The notes under the pieces were generated by a model that worked only from the letters and a program-made list of their open reading frames with translations, was not told the origin of the DNA and ran no database searches. Positions 20,995-31,254 of a DNA stretch of 64,000 bases are shown here, one piece after another. The position numbers and the translations under genes were made by a program. Origin of the DNA: a virus; IMG/VR virus record IMGVR_UViG_3300045115_000211, positions 32,001-96,000 of that record; one strand, given 5' to 3'. Within the stretch, counting starts at the first letter, position 1. Each line of letters begins with the position of its first letter.

Positions 20995-22161
20995 ATGAGA
21001 ATAGGCCTATATGCCGCAACTCTTGACCCCATCACGAAGGGCCACCGCTGGATCATCGACGAGGCCGCCGGAATGTTCGACAAGCTCGTGGTCGCGGTCG
21101 CCGACAACCACGAGAAGCGCGGCAAGGTCATGTTCAGCGCCGAGGAGCGCGTCGCCATGGTCAAGGACACCCTCCCCCTTGGCCTCGAACTCGGCAATGA
21201 CGTCGAGGTCGTGACGTACGCCGGCGGGCATACCCCGCCGTTCACGGCGCGGTTCGCCAAGGCCATCGGGGCGACGCACCTCATCCGCGGCATCCGCAAC
21301 GAGGCGGACTTCACGGCGGAGCAGGCAATCCGTCACGTCAACCAGGACATCTGCCCGGAGGTCAGGACCGTCTTCCTCGTGCCGCCGCGGCACCTCTCGG
21401 AGGTCAGCTCCAGCATGGTCAAGGGCCTTGTCGGGTTCGACGGGTGGCGGGACGTCGTGGAGCGGTACGTCGATTCGCCTGTCGTGAAGCGGTTCCAGGC
21501 CAGGCGGCTGGAGGCCAGCGAGGTCCTGATGCGCCTGGGAGCGTCATACTCGTGCGCCTTCGCCGCCAAACAGTTCCTCGACAAGGCGTACGGGGACATG
21601 TCCGAGTCCAGCCGGGTCTACCACAACGACCGCCACATCAGGGAGTGCCTTGGGCTGATGGACATGGTGGTTTCCGACAGCCACGTCAGCCCCCAGGACT
21701 TCGACGAGATCGCCGCCGCCCTATGGTTCCACGACTGCGTCTACGACGTCGGGTCGAAGAACAACGAGACCCGCAGCGCTGGGGAGTTCGGGAGGTTCGC
21801 CTCCGAGATCAACACGGACGTCGTGGCGACCGTCAAGAGGATGATCGAAGGCACGAGGGAGCATGCGTTCAGCGGCGAGCACAAGGCGAACGTCGTCAGC
21901 GACATCGATATGGCGATCCTCGCGGCGCCGGCGGCGAGGTTCGGAGAGTACGAGGACGCGATCCGGCGCGAGTACGGCCACATCCCCGACCCAATGTTCT
22001 ACCCAGCCCGAAGGAGGTTCCTTGAGAGCTGCCTAGCCGGGCCGGTCTACTATGCCGAGAAGTTCCGGCCGCTTCGCGCGCGGATGGCCGAAAACGTCCG
22101 GCGGCTGCTGGCGACCGAGCCGTACGCCAAGAGGTGGGATCTGCAAGGCAATGAGGGATAA
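20995..22161 (+). CDS. coaD: phosphopantetheine adenylyltransferase fused to HD-domain phosphohydrolase
   Basis: DPITKGH, IRGIRN.ADF..E, VSSSMVK; then RVYHN..HI, WFHDCVY, DIDMAIL, IRREY. Confidence 0.9.
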   Translation: MRIGLYAATLDPITKGHRWIIDEAAGMFDKLVVAVADNHEKRGKVMFSAEERVAMVKDTLPLGLELGNDVEVVTYAGGHTPPFTARFAKAIGATHLIRGIRNEADFTAEQAIRHVNQDICPEVRTVFLVPPRHLSEVSSSMVKGLVGFDGWRDVVERYVDSPVVKRFQARRLEASEVLMRLGASYSCAFAAKQFLDKAYGDMSESSRVYHNDRHIRECLGLMDMVVSDSHVSPQDFDEIAAALWFHDCVYDVGSKNNETRSAGEFGRFASEINTDVVATVKRMIEGTREHAFSGEHKANVVSDIDMAILAAPAARFGEYEDAIRREYGHIPDPMFYPARRRFLESCLAGPVYYAEKFRPLRARMAENVRRLLATEPYAKRWDLQGNEG

Positions 22162-22693
22162 GTCCACCATAACAACGGCCGACGCCGAGAGGCTCCTGTC
22201 GAAGGGGTGGAGACTGACGGAACACAAGTGCGTCTTCCATGGCCATTCCTACTACGTGCATGACGAGTCCAGAAGGGGGCTTTGTGGCAGCGCGGCTTAC
22301 ATCAACAGGGACGTCTTCGATGCGCTCGTCAAGCGCGGACATCGTCCAGTCCGCCGCACGCATGCGTGACCCGTCCTTCGCGTCTCTTTTCCTGTCCGAG
22401 CCGTCAGGATGGAGCGACCGCGACCGCAGGGCCGACGCAGCGACCGAGGAATACGAGTCGCGGTGCGAGTCCTTCGACAGGGCCGTGTGCCGGAGGAGGA
22501 ACGAGAGGGGAATAGCCATCCCGACGCTTCCCGGCGAACTGTGGGAGATCAACAGGCACGCCAGGAAGGTCCAGAAGGACGTCTGCGACAGGCACGGGGT
22601 GGAATGGAAGGCATTGAGGGAGGCCTTGTGGCGCCTCGACAGGAGCGGAACGATCGTCCGTCGCGCCGCCGCGCCGCCGAAGGAGAGACAGCG

Positions 22694-23023
22694 ATGTGCG
22701 ACATGAGGATCCAGGACAAGGCGGAGTACCGCCGCCTGCTCGACGAGATCGGAGCCGACTACTGCCCCGAGGGGAGGTACTGCATCTTCAAGGAGTTCCT
22801 CGTGGCGTCGCACCCCTCGCGTCGCCTGCTCGTCCAACTCAAGTGCTGCGACAAGGCAAAGTTCGCGTGGAGCAAGGACGGCGGCAAGGACATCGGATGG
22901 GAGGAGACGCTAAAACGCTGGGTAGATTCGGGATTGGCAAGGCGCTTTGCGGAGGTCTACGCGGACTCCCTTTCTCCAAGGGAAGTGTTCAGAATGACAT
23001 TCGAACAGCCGCAAGTCTCTTGA
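22694..23023 (+). CDS. hypothetical protein with low-GC 3' end
   Basis: SD AGGAG; codon use shifts after ~22895. Confidence 0.65.
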   Translation: MCDMRIQDKAEYRRLLDEIGADYCPEGRYCIFKEFLVASHPSRRLLVQLKCCDKAKFAWSKDGGKDIGWEETLKRWVDSGLARRFAEVYADSLSPREVFRMTFEQPQVS

Positions 23024-23706
23024 TCGTCGGCACCTTCACGATGCTTGGCTCCATTCGTGTTCCCCATCAGAGCTTTTCTGATTTTGTCCCTAGTTTCTTG
23101 GGATACTGGGTGTCCCATTCTTGCAGCACTCATCTTGGCTCGTGTGACGTCAGATATGATCTTGCCAGTTTCAGATTGACTGATCTTCAGACGCACCGAT
23201 GCTGGGATATGCCGACCCCAGTTGGGGCTTTTCGACCCCCTGAAAGCCTTGGATATTTTCGCTTTAGTCGCTTCCGACTGTGGGTGTCCTGGTTTCCCCA
23301 GTTTCGCAACTCGCATCAGCATCTTTGTATGCTCTGAATGAGGTCCGCGTTTCTTCCCAAGTTTGGCAATGCTCATCCTCCTGCGACTTTCTTCGCTATG
23401 CCTTGGCGCATGACCGCCGCCCATCATATTGTATCCATGGGCCCTGTCGGTAGTCCTATATGCGGCAATCAGGCGAGATTCTGCCTCGTCCAAGTTTTCA
23501 GGAGCGCAGTGCTCCAAGACTTCGAAAACAAAAGCATCCTCTCCGTGCTTGTTCCATGCGGCCTGAAGGTGGCGATTTGGATGGAATCCACGACGCAGTT
23601 GTCCCCTGTGCCCATTCCATCTGTTCCTGATGTCCATGGATTGACCGATGTTCCGCTTCCCGTTGACGGTGTTCGTGATGCTGTATATGCCGCTCATCTT
23701 GCTCAC
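22957..23706 (-). CDS. GIY-YIG endonuclease with NUMOD3 repeats
   Basis: SGIYSITN..NGKRNIGQS, R, GYN, repeated HSEE...MS.AK.G; low GC. Confidence 0.9.
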   Translation of the reverse strand: MSKMSGIYSITNTVNGKRNIGQSMDIRNRWNGHRGQLRRGFHPNRHLQAAWNKHGEDAFVFEVLEHCAPENLDEAESRLIAAYRTTDRAHGYNMMGGGHAPRHSEESRRRMSIAKLGKKRGPHSEHTKMLMRVAKLGKPGHPQSEATKAKISKAFRGSKSPNWGRHIPASVRLKISQSETGKIISDVTRAKMSAARMGHPVSQETRDKIRKALMGNTNGAKHREGADDQETCGCSNVILNTSLGERESA

Positions 23707-23861
23707 TTCGCGCCTCCTTCGACCCTTTCGAATGCTTCTTTGATAAGGTTCCTGACGAGTTGGGAAAGGTTCACGGAATGCTTTTTCTTGAGGACGTCGA
23801 GCATGCGTCTCTCTTCGACCCCTATTTCGACATAGAATCCAATGCGCTTGTCTGTATTCAT
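23703..23861 (-). CDS. 52-aa ribbon-helix-helix-like protein (not in ORF track)
   Basis: MNTDKRIGFYVEIGVEERRMLDVLKKKHSVNLSQLVRNLIKEAFERVEGGAK; GTGA overlap with GIY-YIG start. Confidence 0.7.
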   Translation of the reverse strand: MNTDKRIGFYVEIGVEERRMLDVLKKKHSVNLSQLVRNLIKEAFERVEGGAK

Positions 23862-23911
23862 GCCCTATGGTTCTCTATAACGACTGGGAAATCCTTCGTC
23901 CATTTTGACCG

Positions 23912-23940
23912 TTGACTTCCCTGTCGGGGCATGCTACGAT
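23912..23940 (+). promoter_or_regulatory. sigma70-like promoter
   Basis: TTGACT-17bp-TACGAT. Confidence 0.75.
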
Positions 23941-24007
23941 GCAGGGCGAAAGGAAGGTCAGGACCGATGGGCGAGGCGATTGAGATGGTGGAAGAGGAGG
24001 TGTTCCC

Positions 24008-24901
24008 ATGATCAGCAGGAGCAGGTCGAGCGGTGATTGGGCGTTGAACGTGTTCGAGGGGTTCCGCATCGATACGATGCTGCCGAAGCACACGAGGGTC
24101 CGCGAGCTGGCGAAGCAGGCCCAACAGGGCGGGATCATCCAGAACGCGGTCGGCGACGGCGCATCGTCCGACCCGTTCGTGTCCATGAAGGTCCAGAGGT
24201 GGGGCACCTTCAACGGCTGGGCCGATGGCGACTCCAAGGATCTGCCAGGATGGCGCCGCAAGGCCGTCAGGTTCTTCGAGCGCGCCCTCGGCGTCGCCCC
24301 GGCCCGCAGGGACGACCCTCCGAGCGGCAGGATCGACCCCCTCAGGGTTCTCATGGAGGCGAAGGTGTCCCTCGCGGAAGTCCGCAACTGCATGGACAGG
24401 ATGGCGGCCTACGACGAGGCGATACGGCAGGCGGCGCAGGGAGGCCAGACCGCGCGGGTCGAGAAGCTGATGCTGGCCCGCAAGACAGTCCAGCAGGAGA
24501 GCGTCCTTCTCGCCGGCGGCTTCGGCAGGTTCCTGTCCGAGGCCCAGGCGATAGAGTTCGCGTCGAAGTGCCAGAAGGGGTTGCGGCTCGACTGGGCGGC
24601 CAACTTCGTCCGCCCCTTCCCTCCGGACGCCCTCGCCCGCAAGAAGGCGGCCGACGAGCTGATGGTGTTCGACAACTACGCCTTGCTGCACTACGACCCC
24701 AAGGCGAAGGCGTTCTCGCTGACGGCCGCGCAGGAGGCGGCCAAGCGCGACCCCATCCTGTTCGGGCTGATCGAGGGGGTCAGGAAGCTGTACTTCGTGG
24801 CGGACTGGAAGGACGACGAGTGCGACCTGACGATGGACGAGGTCGCGAGGGTGCTGGGGCACGGCCCAGGGGAAATCGGGATCGATCCGACGAGGGAATA
24901 G
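24008..24901 (+). CDS. hypothetical phage protein
   Basis: strong SD GAGGAGGT; C-terminal RDPILFG...KLYFVADW..D.CDLT. Confidence 0.7.
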   Translation: MISRSRSSGDWALNVFEGFRIDTMLPKHTRVRELAKQAQQGGIIQNAVGDGASSDPFVSMKVQRWGTFNGWADGDSKDLPGWRRKAVRFFERALGVAPARRDDPPSGRIDPLRVLMEAKVSLAEVRNCMDRMAAYDEAIRQAAQGGQTARVEKLMLARKTVQQESVLLAGGFGRFLSEAQAIEFASKCQKGLRLDWAANFVRPFPPDALARKKAADELMVFDNYALLHYDPKAKAFSLTAAQEAAKRDPILFGLIEGVRKLYFVADWKDDECDLTMDEVARVLGHGPGEIGIDPTRE

Positions 24902-24914
24902 GAAGGCGACCGCG

Positions 24915-25496
24915 ATGGGCGACGAGCACGAGTGGATGGGCAGGGTGGCCGGCGAGGCGAGGTTCGCCGCCAACCACAACGGCAGGGAGTGGTTCGAGAC
25001 CAAGTTCGTCCCTTCCCTGCCCGAGGAGCACAGGGCGTTCGCCCTGGGGAAGCTGGCGGAGTACGAGCGGAGGCGCGCCAACGCGGGAGCGGCGGCAGGC
25101 GAGAAGCACGCCAGAAGCTGCCCCTACCGCCGCGCCGGGCTCGTGCCGATCCGGACCGTCCTGGCCAACGTGGGCGGACGCGTGGTCGTCGAGGGGAACG
25201 TGGTCAGTTGCGACTCGTGGCGCATCCACCTGTACGCCGCGAAGGGCGTCAGGTGCGCCCATTGCGGGATGGAGGGCACCACGTTCGCCGCCGAGAGGGC
25301 CAAGTCGCAGTCCACGCCCAAGTACCACCTCAACCTCTACCACGTCGCCGAGGGCGGCGAGGAGACCATGATCACGGTCGACCACATCGTGCCCAAGTCG
25401 AGGGGCGGCGGGAACCACGTCTCCAACCTCCAGCCCCTCTGCATCAAGTGCAACGGGCGCAAGGGCGACAGGATGCCGTCCGACGAGGCGGCATAG
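24915..25496 (+). CDS. HNH endonuclease
   Basis: CAHCG...TVDHIVPKSRGG.N..SNLQPLC..CN..KG; native codon use. Confidence 0.9.
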   Translation: MGDEHEWMGRVAGEARFAANHNGREWFETKFVPSLPEEHRAFALGKLAEYERRRANAGAAAGEKHARSCPYRRAGLVPIRTVLANVGGRVVVEGNVVSCDSWRIHLYAAKGVRCAHCGMEGTTFAAERAKSQSTPKYHLNLYHVAEGGEETMITVDHIVPKSRGGGNHVSNLQPLCIKCNGRKGDRMPSDEAA

Positions 25497-25518
25497 GGAA
25501 AGGAAGCCTGGTGAAGCC

Positions 25519-26034
25519 GTGGACGACATGGGACTCGCTAGGGCCTTCGCGGAGTCCGATCCTGGGCTCAGGGTCTTCGTCCGGTCATGCCTGCGCGACG
25601 ACTCCGACGCGGACGACGTCGTGCAGGAAGTCTGGCTCACGGTCGTCCGCAAGCTGCCGTCGTACGACAGCTCAAGGTCGTTCAGGGCATGGGTCTTCGG
25701 CATCGCGAGGATGCAGGTGCTCAAGTGGCGCCAGTCCAAGGCCAGGCGCCGGGAGTTCGCCGTGCCGGACGAGACCATCGCCCAGATGTCGCAGGCCGTC
25801 GAGGACGGGCCTGTCGGGCCCAGCGCGTGCGAGGACGCCATACGCAGGTGCCTCGAAAGGATGGGCGGAAGGCCGAGGGAGATGCTGCGCCTCAAGTACG
25901 CCGTCGGGCTGAAGTCGGCCGAGATCGCCAGGAGGCTGGGGATGACGTCGGGGGCGGTGGACATGGGGCTGACGAGGGCCCGCAGGGCCCTGCGCGCGGC
26001 GGTCACGGGCATGTTGAGGAGGGAGGGGGAATGA
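25519..26034 (+). CDS. ECF-type RNA polymerase sigma factor
   Basis: DADDVVQEVW, SFRAWVFGIAR, region 4 EIARRLG....V...L.RAR..LR. Confidence 0.9.
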   Translation: MDDMGLARAFAESDPGLRVFVRSCLRDDSDADDVVQEVWLTVVRKLPSYDSSRSFRAWVFGIARMQVLKWRQSKARRREFAVPDETIAQMSQAVEDGPVGPSACEDAIRRCLERMGGRPREMLRLKYAVGLKSAEIARRLGMTSGAVDMGLTRARRALRAAVTGMLRREGE

Positions 26035-26859
26035 GCATCGCTGTTTTCGGGGACATCGTCGAGGGCAACGGCAGGACGATCCGGCAGAACAACATGGCAA
26101 GGGCGCACGCCATCCCGCTGGGGGCGTTCGTGGAGATCGACTGCCCGGACGTCCCGGAGTGGCACGGGTGCCGCCTGTTCGTCGTCAGGCACGACAGGGA
26201 CTGCGACGGGACCCCCCTCTATTCCCTCGGGAAGAAGGGCGAGGACAACCCCTATGCCCTCCGGCTCAACCAGTGCAACGGGTGGAGCGAGGAAAGCCTG
26301 AAGGTCGTCAGGAACCCGCAGGAGGAGACATGCAAAGGAAGTGCGTCTGCAACGGCGGCGGCCATATGTGGTACGCCGACTCGTTCGACAAGGACAACGG
26401 CAAGCCTTGCTCGTGGTGCAATCCCGCAGGGCTTGCCAAAAAGCACGGCGGCAGGCTTGGCGAGATCAGCGTCTGCGGCGTGTGGTCGGGGGCCAAGAGC
26501 CACAGGCTGACCGCCAGGTACGCCTGCGGATGCTCCTCCGCGATCCACGGGAACGGGCACCTGTCCCGCAAGCCGACGAGGATGCCGACCCTGTGCGCCA
26601 GGCACAAGAAGCCCATGACGTCGTTCCGCGAGTCGATGGTGATGGAGTGATGCGACCGGAAGGTGGAATCAGGAAGGGGACGCGTGTCCGGGTGCTGCTG
26701 GACGGCGAGGACGAGCCTTGCCTCGGCGAGCTGCTTGAGTCCCACGTCCAGGGATCCGAGGACATGACCCACTCCACGTCCATCCTGCTCGACGACGGGA
26801 GGGTCGTCCAGTCCGACGGGTGCTGCTGGCTGCCTTGCAACCAGCTCGCCCCTTTGCCG

Positions 26860-26888
26860 TTGACTCCGTGACGGTATTCCGCTATGAT
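26860..26888 (+). promoter_or_regulatory. sigma70-like promoter
   Basis: TTGACT-17bp-TATGAT. Confidence 0.8.
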
Positions 26889-26917
26889 GTCGTTGCCCTG
26901 AAGGAGGGGAACCGAAC

Positions 26918-27553
26918 ATGAAGACGGCAGAATACGCGATCGACCGCAAGGAGTTCGAGAGGTTCTGGGAGCGCGTCCAGAAGGAGGCCAAGCGCCTCTT
27001 CCCGGACGACAGCGGCGGCTCGCGCGTCGAGGTCAGGATGCGCGACTGCACCCGGGAGACAAGCACCGACGGGCTGCCCGTGCCCCACGCTCACAACATC
27101 GAGACGGACGTCGAGTGGCGCGCCGCCATCGGCTACCTGTCCTGCAACGCCAAGTCCGCCGCCGAGCGCCTCGACACGTACCTGCGCCTGCACGACATGG
27201 AGAGGCGAGCGGCCGAAGGCAAGGCGGCCCTCGCCAGCGAGTTCGAGGCCCTCGCCCAGTCCCTCGGGGTCACGATCCGCTTCGGAATTCGGCCTGTCCT
27301 GCCGAAAGGAACGACGTGGGATCACGCCCCGTTCGGCTCCTCGCGCACGGTGGCTGGGCACCCGTCCTCCTTCAGTTGCGACAACCTCTGGGAGTACCGC
27401 GATGGCGACCGCAAGAAGATGGTGGCCTGGGCGAAGGACGGGATTTCCGCCGTCCTCAAGACGGGCGGGGCGACTCCCAAGTTCTTCCTGATCGAGCCTC
27501 ACGAGTCGTCGGGGTCGCTGTGGGCGTCCGTCGCCAAGGAGACGCAGGCATGA
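26918..27553 (+). CDS. hypothetical protein
   Basis: SD GGAGG, codon use. Confidence 0.65.
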   Translation: MKTAEYAIDRKEFERFWERVQKEAKRLFPDDSGGSRVEVRMRDCTRETSTDGLPVPHAHNIETDVEWRAAIGYLSCNAKSAAERLDTYLRLHDMERRAAEGKAALASEFEALAQSLGVTIRFGIRPVLPKGTTWDHAPFGSSRTVAGHPSSFSCDNLWEYRDGDRKKMVAWAKDGISAVLKTGGATPKFFLIEPHESSGSLWASVAKETQA

Positions 27554-27713
27554 AGGTCCACATCGTCAGGATGTACGGGAACGTCGAGGCCATCTGCGAC
27601 AACGAGGCCGACGTCGGGCGCATCAGGAGGGAACTCCTGGAAGGCGAGGAGCTCAAGGAAGACATCGTCGAGGTCGAGACTGTCGAGACGAACCAGGTCA
27701 TCGGAGACCACGG

Positions 27714-28505
27714 ATGAAGGTACTGCTGACGAGCGGAGGGACGCGTACGGCGATCGATGCGGTGCGCCATGTGGGCAACATGTCCTCTGGCACCTTCGGG
27801 AACCACCTCTGCAGGGCGTTCCTTGAGGCTGGCCACGACGTGACGTTCCTGTACGCCAAGGGCAGCAAGTGCCCGCACGAGCTGCGTCTGTCGCTTGGGC
27901 AGGCATTGCTGGAACCCCAAAGCGACGACTGGACGTCCTGTGTCCAGCACGGTCTTGGCGATCTCGTGGCGGAACAGTTCGGCTTCCTGGCGTCGTGCCG
28001 GGACAGGTATCGCCCCACTTGGTACGACAACTTTGACGGCTACGCCGCCGAATTGTTCCGGCTCATCGGGAGCGTCCGCCCCGACATCGTCGTCCTGGCC
28101 GCCGCCGTGAGCGACTACGCCCCCGTCAAGGCGGAGGGCAAGATCAGCTCCGAGCTGGACGAGATGACGATACGGCTGGAGAAGACCCCGAAGCTCATCC
28201 GCAAGGTCAAGGATGTCCTGCCGGAATGCTTCCTCGTCGGGTTCAAGCTCCTCGTCGACAGCACGCAGGAGCAACTCGAAGCCGCGATGGCGGACCAGAT
28301 GGCGAAGGCGAGGACGGACATGGTGGTCGGCAACGACCTGCGGGACATCAAGGCCGCGAGGCACGTCCTGACGATCCTCGGGATCGACCAGCTCTTCTAC
28401 CGGTTCGATCCTATGCCGGGCGCCGAGCTGGCGAGGGAACTGGCGGAGGAGATCACGACGCAGGCGAGGACGCTCCGCGGCGAGCACCGCCGCATCGGGG
28501 CGTAG
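27714..28505 (+). CDS. coaB: phosphopantothenoylcysteine synthetase
   Basis: VLLTSGGT..AIDAVR..GNMSSG.FG, AAAVSDY, GKISS, TPKLI, LVGFKL, VVGND. Confidence 0.9.
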   Translation: MKVLLTSGGTRTAIDAVRHVGNMSSGTFGNHLCRAFLEAGHDVTFLYAKGSKCPHELRLSLGQALLEPQSDDWTSCVQHGLGDLVAEQFGFLASCRDRYRPTWYDNFDGYAAELFRLIGSVRPDIVVLAAAVSDYAPVKAEGKISSELDEMTIRLEKTPKLIRKVKDVLPECFLVGFKLLVDSTQEQLEAAMADQMAKARTDMVVGNDLRDIKAARHVLTILGIDQLFYRFDPMPGAELARELAEEITTQARTLRGEHRRIGA

Positions 28506-29025
28506 GAGGACGACGATGGCATTCACGTGCAAGGATTGTGCGCCAGAGAGCGCCGGATGGCTGTTCGACTTGGCGATGGGTGTCAGCCGTGGACCGTGCG
28601 AGGACTGCGGCAGGGTCTCCGACTGCATCGACTGGCACGGGGACTCGCGTTCCACCGGCGACAAGCCGAAGGGAGAACCCCTTGACGCGCACAGGTACGA
28701 CAGCCGCGAGGACGAATGAGCCCGAAGCTCGACAGGAAGGACTGGCCCAAGCCGCCTCCGTTCGTGAGGCCGGACAGCCTGTGGCTGGTCGTCTACGAGT
28801 GCCGGTACGACGTGATCAGGGTGTCGCCCCAGGGGGACGGGTTCTTCGCGCCGGGCCAGGACGTCCTGTGGGGGTTCAGCAGCGTGACGGAGTGGGTCAG
28901 GGAGATCGTGCCGCCGGGCGAGGAGGCTGCGAGGGCGGCGTGCCCGAGGTGCGGATGCTAGGCGATGGACCCCTTCGGGATGGGCGTCGTGGTACACGAC
29001 ATCGGGAAATGCGGAGGGATCAGGG

Positions 29026-29430
29026 ATGTCAAGCACTAGGATGGCGATAGTCGTACGGCGTGACCTGAACATGCCGCCGGGGCTGCTGGCGGCGCAGGTC
29101 CTGCACGTGGGGATGCTGTTCGTGCAGGACTCATGGAAGGTGTGCCGCCACGAACTCGGCGAAGACCGGTATTCCCTTGAGTTCGAGCCTGGCGAATGCG
29201 AGTGGATACAGCAGCCATACGTCGCCGTGCTAGGCGTGGACACGCCCGAGGAGCTCGCGGCCGTCCAGAAGATGGGCGAGGACGAGAAGTTGCCCGTGAG
29301 GGTTTGGAAGGACGTCATACCGTCCAAGGTCCTCGAAGGGCGCGTTCTGGAGTGCGTGGTCGGCATATCCATCGGGCCCGCCGACTCCGACCGGATCAGG
29401 AAGGCGACGGGGACGCTGCCGCTGTTCTGA
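29026..29430 (+). CDS. peptidyl-tRNA hydrolase Pth2-like
   Basis: IVVRRDLNMPPG.LAAQV.H, GISIGP......TG.LPL. Confidence 0.8.
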   Translation: MSSTRMAIVVRRDLNMPPGLLAAQVLHVGMLFVQDSWKVCRHELGEDRYSLEFEPGECEWIQQPYVAVLGVDTPEELAAVQKMGEDEKLPVRVWKDVIPSKVLEGRVLECVVGISIGPADSDRIRKATGTLPLF

Positions 29431-29440
29431 GGAGGACGAC

Positions 29441-30598
29441 ATGAAGGTGCTGGTGGGCATGACCGGGAGCGTGGCGACGACCATAGCCCCCAAGATCGTC
29501 AAGGCGATCGAGGATGGCGTCCCACTTCTGGACTCCGTCGAGGTCGTGATGACCGACAAGGCCCAGATGTTCTTCGGGGCGGATGCCCTGCGGCGTCAGG
29601 CTGGGGTCAGGGTCTACACGGAGCGGGACGAGTGGATATGGAGCAGGAGAGAGCACCCGAACTTCAACAGCCCATACCCCATCCCACCCGAGGACAAGTG
29701 GCAGAAGGGAGACCCCATCCTGCACGTCGAGCTCGCCAAGCGGTCGTCCTGCCTCGTCATCGCCCCGGCGTCGGCCAACACCCTAGGCAAGATGGCGCAC
29801 GGCATCTGCGACAACCTCCTGACGTCCGTGTTCCTCGCGTGGCGGAGGAGCCGCCCCGTCGTCGTCGCCCCGTCGATGAACTCCCACATGTGGTCGTCCC
29901 CCGTTGTGCAGGCCAGCCTCAAGGACCTGCGGGCGACGAACCCCAACATCGTCGTCGTGCCTCCCGTCGAGAAGGAACTCGCGTGCGGGGACGTGGGGGT
30001 CGGGGCGCTCGCCGACGCGGGCGACATAGCCAAGGCGGTGGCTTGCGCCCTGCGCTGGGACTTCCCCCTTCCGGAGACGACCTGCCCTGGCATCCCCGTC
30101 GGGAACCACCTCGGCTCGTTCGGGATCGTCCGCCGGCATGGCAAGCGCCATTGCGGGGTCGACCTGTACTGCCGGAACGGGACGATGGTCACGGCGGTCG
30201 AGCCCGGGGTCGTCGTCGCCATCGATGGCTTCACCGGGGCGTCCGTCGGCTCGCCATGGTGGAACGAGACCAAGGCGGTCAAGGTGGAGGGGGCGAGCGG
30301 GGTCGTCTGCTACGGTGAAATCAGGCCGTACTTGAGCCTCAAGGTCGGCGACATGCTCGGCAGGGGAGACCCCTTGGGGCAGGTGGAGCAGGTCCTGCCG
30401 GACGGACAGTTGCGCGGCGACATCCCCGGCCACTCGCTATCGATGCTCCACATCCAGCTCTACGAGCATGGCCGCGTCCACAAGGACGAGTCGTGGCTGG
30501 AGGGGCAGCCCCAGCCCGGCGGCGTCCTCGACCCCACGCCCTTCCTGCTGGACTGCTGGAAGGGCCTGACGCTGGACATGCCGGAGGCAAAGGCGTGA
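29441..30598 (+). CDS. coaC: PPC decarboxylase (CoaC, flavoprotein) fused to M23-peptidase-like domain
   Basis: TGSVA, APASANTLGKMAHGICDNL, PSMN..MW, LACGD.G.GAL; then HCGVDL...VTAVEPGVV...DPTPFL. Confidence 0.85.
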   Translation: MKVLVGMTGSVATTIAPKIVKAIEDGVPLLDSVEVVMTDKAQMFFGADALRRQAGVRVYTERDEWIWSRREHPNFNSPYPIPPEDKWQKGDPILHVELAKRSSCLVIAPASANTLGKMAHGICDNLLTSVFLAWRRSRPVVVAPSMNSHMWSSPVVQASLKDLRATNPNIVVVPPVEKELACGDVGVGALADAGDIAKAVACALRWDFPLPETTCPGIPVGNHLGSFGIVRRHGKRHCGVDLYCRNGTMVTAVEPGVVVAIDGFTGASVGSPWWNETKAVKVEGASGVVCYGEIRPYLSLKVGDMLGRGDPLGQVEQVLPDGQLRGDIPGHSLSMLHIQLYEHGRVHKDESWLEGQPQPGGVLDPTPFLLDCWKGLTLDMPEAKA

Positions 30599-31254
30599 AC
30601 ATCCTGATCATCGCAAGGCACAGGATGCGGTACTGGTGGCGCAGGTCAGTTAAGGCCTTGGGGTTCTGCCCAGATTGCTGGAGCATCCTGAACTACACGA
30701 CGAGGGGCAGGCCGATATGCCCGAGGTGCGGGAGGTAGACCTCCACGTGAAGTGGCACGGCAAACGGTTGCGTGGCGTGACGCGGTGGGAAGTCCGGCAT
30801 TCCGAGGGCGCTGACCACGGTCTGCGCCCGCAGAGGTTCGGTTCGCGACGCGAAGCAGTGCTCCGCGCCCGCGAGTGGAACAAGGACTTTCCGGGACACG
30901 TCGTGTGCCCGGTGTTGCCACACGCCCAGCCTCGCCCTGTTCGTCACATCAAATGAGACAGACGCAGCGGTCAGGACATGCCGCGCCGAAGCGAAAGGAA
31001 ACGGGGATGAGAAAGCACACGGTCAAGGTGACGGTGTCTGGGTCGAGGGGGACAGGGCTCACGACGATCGCCGAAGTTATCCGCCAGGCCCTTGAGCAGG
31101 CCGACTTCGAGTGCGAGGTCTCGTCGGGATTGCAGAGGGAGTTCGACGACCTTCCCGGCGGCTCCTTCGACCTTCGCTGCGGCGCCGTCAGGGAAAAGAC
31201 CATGGTCGTCATCGGGGAACTCGCCTGCCGCCCTGGCAAGGCGGGGAAGTAGGC

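Noticed and set aside
24915-25496. HNH gene as a sixth mobile cassette
   Set aside because: Native GC and codon use, with no recoded flanks
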